Below, in pieces: positions 38,710 through 43,682 of a DNA stretch of 43,682 nt (position 1 is the stretch's first letter; the number at the start of each line of letters is the position of its first letter). The stretch lies in the NCBI GenBank assembly GCA_964236955.1, contig CAXSGP010000035.1, positions 1 to 43,682 on the forward strand, written 5' to 3'. A program made the translations under genes and the position numbers. Source of the DNA: an uncultured Oligoflexus sp. (GTDB taxonomy: Bacteria; Bdellovibrionota_B; Oligoflexia; Oligoflexales; Oligoflexaceae). The notes under the pieces are model-generated. The model saw only the letters and a program-made list of their open reading frames with translations. It ran no database searches and was not told the origin of the DNA.

Positions 38710-39022
38710 AGCATTAGTCCTTAGGGACAGATTGAAAGTTTGGTCAGCAGTGCGGGTCCTAGTGAGGGAATAGCGAAAGAGAAGCCGTCATTGCAAGCAA
38801 TTTTTTATCGAGACGGGTCGATAGGGTCCCAATAAGTTACTGTTACAGGAGGACTCGAATGGAGTCTGCTCTGGCCGTAGTTTCGTTCCGAAGTTCTCAA
38901 ATAAATTCTTCACCGCTTCGGCCAAAGCCCACCATCGTTCCTGTTAACCCTCTCTGTCCTGCCAATCAAGTAATTGATTTAACAATGAAAAATATTTTAT
39001 TTTGAAAATCTCATACTCCCTC

Positions 39023-39049
39023 TCAGAAATCCCAACTATTCACCGATAC
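39023..39049 (+). promoter_or_regulatory. Sigma28 (FliA)-like promoter with an upstream IHF-like site (38967-38979)
   Basis: TCAG-N15-ACCGATAC; CAAGTAATTGATT fits YAANNNNTTGATW. Confidence 0.45.
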
Positions 39050-39104
39050 TTTGAAGAATTAAGTACAACTTGCTTTAGATTTAATGTTTGCATGGAAGAG
39101 GTCT

Positions 39105-42100
39105 ATGATGAGCCTATTAAATTATACGCAACGGCAGAGTCAAAGCGCCGGTTTTATCAACCTGTGCATCAATCTTGGCATTTTCTTCCTGCTCAGTATA
39201 TTATACGGATGCAACTCAGACCTAAGCGTCTATAACAATGCACTTGACCGTCAGATTACCGTCAGCTCATTTGATAAAGTGGCGGCGAAAAACGGTGAAA
39301 AAGTTGAGGTCACGGGTAAAAACCTTAGCGATGGTATCGCAATTGAATTCGACGGAGAAGCCGTTGATTTCAAGCTCGATTCAAAAACCCACGGTACATT
39401 TATTGTGCCTATGGATGCTCCTGAAGGGATAACTGAAGTAAAATTTAAAAACGTCGAGAAATTGATCGCCTCGATTCCTTTGGTTGTTGGTTCTTCGGTG
39501 GATAGCATTCCCGTCCTTACTATCGATGGCAAACTGGTGTGCACCGACATCATTTTCAAAGATGCAGGCGGCAAACTCAAACGCGGCGAACGCCTTTGTG
39601 GTGAGCAATCGCTCTGTCAGGATGATGGGCAGATTGGCTGTCTTTCGACTGTTGATGTACCAGCGGTGGTGAAAGCGGGGCTTGCGGAAAAAGTAGTTAA
39701 GAATCAAAACGTCGCCGGGATTACGGGCACTGCCGATGCAGCCATTCCCTGCAGTGCGGCTCAGGCCGCTCCCTGTCTGATCGATGGCAAAGTCTATGAA
39801 GCGTTGGAAGTTTCGACTGTGAATCCTGCGGAAATCCCTCTTGGAATCACTATCGGCAGCATTGTCGGTACCCTCGCGAATTCTGCCGTCCCCTGCCTTG
39901 CTGATGGCCAAACGTCTTGTATAAGTTCCGTTCAATTCCCAGCCGTCGATAAACAAAATATCCTGACGATCGGTGCTGCGAACATCCGCAGTTCTTTTAC
40001 AGTCGCGGGCGTCTCAGGCACGATGAGTGATTGTGCTGCCGAGGGTGCCACGGCTTGCTACGCGGGTGTGAACTTTCCTACGGTTAATAAGGCCGTGACT
40101 CTTTCCTCCTCGAACATGGCTAAGATCCGAAGCTCTGTGACGATTGCTGGGGTTTCGGGCACGATGAATGATTGCACGGTGGAAGGCCAGGCGGCCTGCG
40201 TAGTTGTCGGGCCAAGTTTTGCTGCGGCGGTGACCAGCGGCGCGGCAGCAAAGATTATTTCAGGTCAAAGCATTGCAGGAATTTCCGGCACCGCACTCCC
40301 GAAGCCGGCTGATTGCGCGACTGATGGCGCAATAGGTTGCGTATCAACAACAAATTTTCCGGCCATCGATAAAGTCGTAAAACTCTCGGCTGCGAACCTT
40401 AACAAGATTCGTTCGTCGCTAAGTCTTGCTGGTCAGACTGGTACGCTTAATAACTGCGCAAATGATGGGGAAGCGAGCTGTGTCGTGATAGGTCCTACCT
40501 TTGCGGCTGCGGTAACCTTGGGTGTAGCCCCCAAAATTGCCAACGGGCTCGTGGTGGCTGGTGTTACGGGTACGGCGGCGGTCCGAGCGGCCGACTGCAG
40601 CAGTGACGGCAGCACGGGTTGCACGGCTGTCGCTGCCTTTCCAGCGGTAAATGCCAGCACCGCAGCGCCTAAGATTGCCAATGGCCAGGTCGTGGCGGGC
40701 ATCTCGGGTACGGCTCCGCTACGGCCTGTGGATTGTTCGGGAGACGGCGAAACAGCCTGCGTGACCAGTGCAGCCTTCCAAGCGGCCAATGTAAGTGGTG
40801 CCGCCGCAAAAATAGTTTCCGGACAGACCCTGGCGGGTGTTACAGGCACGGCGGTGGTAAACAGTCGTCCCGCTGATTGTTCGATTGATGGTGGAACAAA
40901 TTGCGTCGCTATTTCAAACTTTCCAGCCGTTGATAAGGTAACGGCGCTTTCCTCCGCCAAGCTCGCAAAAATTCATTCTTCTCTAACAATTGCCGGCGTC
41001 GTCGGCACGATGGGCGACTGTTCCAGTGACGGGGCCGTGGCATGCATGGCGGCGAGCGATTTTCCGGCTATTGATAAGCTTAATAAACTGACTACCGCCA
41101 ACGTCGCCAAGATTCATTCGAGCCTTACCATTGCCGGCGTCACGGGGACGATGGCCGATTGCGCGGCGGACGGTGATTTTGATTGCAGAACGGTAACGGC
41201 TTTCCCTGCAGCCCAGGCAAGCGGAGCCGCTGTAAAAATTTTAAGCGGCCAGACCCTCGGCGGCATTTCGGGAACGGCTGCCGTCAAACCTGCCAACTGT
41301 AACGCCGATGGGGCAACGAATTGTGTTGCAATTGCAAACTTCCCGGCGGTCGACAAGATCGTGAAACTTTCGCTGGTCAACGCGGGGAAGATTCGCTCAT
41401 CCCTCACGATTGCCGGAGTTTCCGGAACTCTTGCCGATTGCTCGGCCGATGGTGCTGCGGGGTGTGTGGTCCTTGGCCCGACTTATGCGGCGGCCATAAC
41501 CGCAGGTCTTTCATCTAAGGTAGTTTCCGGACAAGTTGTGGCCGGTGTGACGGGAAACGCTACTGAAAGTCCTGCCAACTGTGCGGCCGACGGGGCCATC
41601 AACTGTGTGGCCGTCACCAACTTTCCCGCAGTCGACAAACTTACCAAACTCTCTGCATCGAATGCAGCTAAGATATCGTCTTCTCTCACTATTTCCGGAG
41701 TTTCCGGAACCCTCACCGACTGTGCGGCTGATGGGGATACGGATTGCGTGGCAGGAGCCAATTTCCCGGCCGTCGATAAGCTGACTAAGTTATCCGTACC
41801 GAACAAAGCAAAGATACATTCCTCCCTCAGCATCGCCGGTGTTAGCGGTACGATGAATGACTGCGGTTCGGATGGTGCCACCGCTTGCCTCGCTGTCCCC
41901 ACCTTTCCGGCTATTGATAAGCTCACGAAACTTTCTGCAGCCAATGCCGCGAAGATCCATTCGTCTCTCACGATTGCTGGAGTCTCGGGAACTCTAGGCG
42001 ATTGCAGCAGCGATGGCGATGCCGGCTGTGTGGTGATCGGGCCAACCTATGCCGCTGCGATCACGACCGGTGCCGGCCCTAAGATTGTCACAGGTCAAAC

Positions 42101-43682
42101 TCTGGCAGGAATTAATGGAACAGCCGGCGTCCGCCCTTCGGACTGCGGCTCGGATGGGGCCACCAACTGCGTTGCGATTACCAGCTTCCCGGCAGTGAAT
42201 CGCGCGGTTAGTCTTTCGGCGACCAACTTAGCCAAGATTCACAATTCAGTTGCTATCGCTGGCCTGGCCGGTACGATGATAAGCTGCGCTGCGGATGGCG
42301 GAACCGCTTGTATGGCCGTGGCAGGATTTCCTGCCGCAAATACTACGGGTGCTGCTGCAAAAATTGCGGCCGGCGATGTTCTAGCCGGCGTCACGGGTAC
42401 AGCCGGGGTTCGGCCGTCGGACTGTGGCGTGGATGGGGCCATAGCCTGCGTGGCAACGGCTGGCTTTCCCGCCGCTAATCTTACAGGCGCCGCTGCAAAG
42501 ATTGCCGCCGGTGATGTTTTGGCCGGTATTTCTGGGACTGCGGGCGTTCGTCCTTCCGACTGTGGTGCCGATGGCATTACGGGATGCGTGACGGTGGCTA
42601 ACTTTCCCAGCGTTGATAAAGTGACCAAACTCAGCGGCAATGCTTCAAAGATCCGGTCTTCCTTGACCATCGCCGGTGTCACCGGCACCCTTTCGGATTG
42701 CGCCACGGATGGAGCGGCTGGCTGTGTCGTGGTAGGTCCGGTTTATGCTGCTGCCGATACAAGCACGGCGGCGGGAAGGATTGTTAGCGGTCAAACCGTG
42801 GCCGGTATCGGTGGAACTGCCGGCGTCCGACCGTCCGATTGCAGCGTCGATGGGGGGACCAATTGCGTTGCGGTCTCGACTTTCCCTGCGGTAAATAAAG
42901 CGGTGAATCTTAGCGCCGGGATGCTCTCTAAGCTTCATGCATCCGTTACCGTAGCTGGTGTTTCGGGTACTTTGGCGGATTGTGCGAGTGACGGCGCTAC
43001 AGCCTGCTATACCACATCAACTTTTCCGGCCGCAAATACAGCAGCTGCAGCCGCAAAAATCCTGACCGGCCAAACCCTTGCCGGCGTCGCCGGCACGGTC
43101 GTCGCCGCGCCAGCCAACTGCGCGGCTGACGGTGCAACAGGCTGCGTTGCGATCGCTGCCTTTCCCGCTGTTAATAAGGCTGTCAGCCTGGCGACAGCAA
43201 ATCTGGCTAAAATTCATAGTTCGGTAACAGTGGGTGGCGTGACCGGGACAATGACGGATTGCTCAAGCGATGGTGGTACGAACTGCTTGGCGATTTCGAC
43301 TTTCCCGGCAGTTAATAAGGCGGTAAACCTTGCGGTCGGAAATTTAGCGAAGATCCATTCTTCGGTTACCGTTGGCGGCGTCGCGGGCACTCTTGCGACT
43401 TGCGCAAGTGATGGGGCAGCGGGCTGTCTTACAGTTGCCGCTTATCCCTCAGCACTTGCCGCAGGAGCCGCTGGAAAAATTCTGAGTGGCCAGACCCTCG
43501 CCGGTATTGCAGGGACCGTGATTGGGGCTCCTGCGGACTGCGCGGTCGATGGCGCGACCGGCTGCGTCGCCGTCAGCGACTTCCCTGCTGTCGATAAGCT
43601 TAGTAACCTAAGCCCTAACTTATCAAAAATTCATAGCACGGTGTCCGTCGGCGGCATGACAGGAACCCTTGCCGATTGCTCG
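39105..43682 (+). CDS. Giant repetitive lipoprotein (>1526 aa, 3' end outside the window), fibre/adhesin-like
   Basis: RBS GAGG then ATG 39105; translated by hand with no stop up to the window end; lipobox LYGC; IPT/TIG-like domain; tandem CxxDGxxxC repeats. Confidence 0.92.
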   Translation, partial: MMSLLNYTQRQSQSAGFINLCINLGIFFLLSILYGCNSDLSVYNNALDRQITVSSFDKVAAKNGEKVEVTGKNLSDGIAIEFDGEAVDFKLDSKTHGTFIVPMDAPEGITEVKFKNVEKLIASIPLVVGSSVDSIPVLTIDGKLVCTDIIFKDAGGKLKRGERLCGEQSLCQDDGQIGCLSTVDVPAVVKAGLAEKVVKNQNVAGITGTADAAIPCSAAQAAPCLIDGKVYEALEVSTVNPAEIPLGITIGSIVGTLANSAVPCLADGQTSCISSVQFPAVDKQNILTIGAANIRSSFTVAGVSGTMSDCAAEGATACYAGVNFPTVNKAVTLSSSNMAKIRSSVTIAGVSGTMNDCTVEGQAACVVVGPSFAAAVTSGAAAKIISGQSIAGISGTALPKPADCATDGAIGCVSTTNFPAIDKVVKLSAANLNKIRSSLSLAGQTGTLNNCANDGEASCVVIGPTFAAAVTLGVAPKIANGLVVAGVTGTAAVRAADCSSDGSTGCTAVAAFPAVNASTAAPKIANGQVVAGISGTAPLRPVDCSGDGETACVTSAAFQAANVSGAAAKIVSGQTLAGVTGTAVVNSRPADCSIDGGTNCVAISNFPAVDKVTALSSAKLAKIHSSLTIAGVVGTMGDCSSDGAVACMAASDFPAIDKLNKLTTANVAKIHSSLTIAGVTGTMADCAADGDFDCRTVTAFPAAQASGAAVKILSGQTLGGISGTAAVKPANCNADGATNCVAIANFPAVDKIVKLSLVNAGKIRSSLTIAGVSGTLADCSADGAAGCVVLGPTYAAAITAGLSSKVVSGQVVAGVTGNATESPANCAADGAINCVAVTNFPAVDKLTKLSASNAAKISSSLTISGVSGTLTDCAADGDTDCVAGANFPAVDKLTKLSVPNKAKIHSSLSIAGVSGTMNDCGSDGATACLAVPTFPAIDKLTKLSAANAAKIHSSLTIAGVSGTLGDCSSDGDAGCVVIGPTYAAAITTGAGPKIVTGQTLAGINGTAGVRPSDCGSDGATNCVAITSFPAVNRAVSLSATNLAKIHNSVAIAGLAGTMISCAADGGTACMAVAGFPAANTTGAAAKIAAGDVLAGVTGTAGVRPSDCGVDGAIACVATAGFPAANLTGAAAKIAAGDVLAGISGTAGVRPSDCGADGITGCVTVANFPSVDKVTKLSGNASKIRSSLTIAGVTGTLSDCATDGAAGCVVVGPVYAAADTSTAAGRIVSGQTVAGIGGTAGVRPSDCSVDGGTNCVAVSTFPAVNKAVNLSAGMLSKLHASVTVAGVSGTLADCASDGATACYTTSTFPAANTAAAAAKILTGQTLAGVAGTVVAAPANCAADGATGCVAIAAFPAVNKAVSLATANLAKIHSSVTVGGVTGTMTDCSSDGGTNCLAISTFPAVNKAVNLAVGNLAKIHSSVTVGGVAGTLATCASDGAAGCLTVAAYPSALAAGAAGKILSGQTLAGIAGTVIGAPADCAVDGATGCVAVSDFPAVDKLSNLSPNLSKIHSTVSVGGMTGTLADCS
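39615..43682 (+). repeat. About 30 intragenic tandem repeats of ~46-47 aa (~140 bp)
   Basis: 29 complete C-x7-C motifs plus one truncated, each followed by F/Y-P/A-A...KI...AG(V/I)xGT. Confidence 0.92.

Noticed and set aside
39251..43217. Ala/Pro/Thr-rich minus-strand ORFs in the ORF track
   Set aside because: Antisense shadows of the giant plus-strand repeat gene.
39615..43682. Regular ~140-bp periodicity as a CRISPR array or DGR repeat
   Set aside because: The repeats are in-frame protein repeats with synonymous divergence; there are no unique spacers, cas genes or reverse transcriptase in the window.

Overview
A 43.7-kb bacterial chromosomal window with no rRNA, tRNA, CRISPR array or transposase. 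The gene style (many lipoproteins, sigma28-like and sigma54-like promoters, Cys-pair fibre repeats) suggests Bdellovibrionota/Oligoflexia; this is an inference, not a database result. Left part (1-13.8 kb): a small unannotated membrane ORF, a divergent CFA-synthase-family methyltransferase, MarC, a metallophosphoesterase, a HAD hydrolase, a two-haem c lipoprotein, a TerB-like protein, a class D beta-lactamase, an orphan lipoprotein and a Zn-dependent dehydrogenase. Middle (13.9-33 kb, minus strand): a cyanophycin operon (cphB-cphA-iaaA) behind a sigma54-type promoter, then a ~14-kb sulfur-assimilation cluster (sirohaem synthesis, sulfite reductase, cysH, cysD, cysN, two trans-sulfuration PLP enzymes, sbp-cysT-cysW-cysA, cysB/cbl). 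This cluster carries two candidate cis-regulatory leaders: a 51-aa ORF ending in Cys-Cys-Ser ahead of the operon, and a sigma54-driven SAM-II-like RNA plus terminator ahead of the PLP enzymes. Right part: a DUF1622 pair, catalase-related, ricin and GH16 lipoproteins, and a giant lipoprotein (>1526 aa, running off the window and missing from the ORF track) built of about 30 CxxDGxxxC repeats. A palindromic dispersed element occurs twice (1-94 and 36620-36751).
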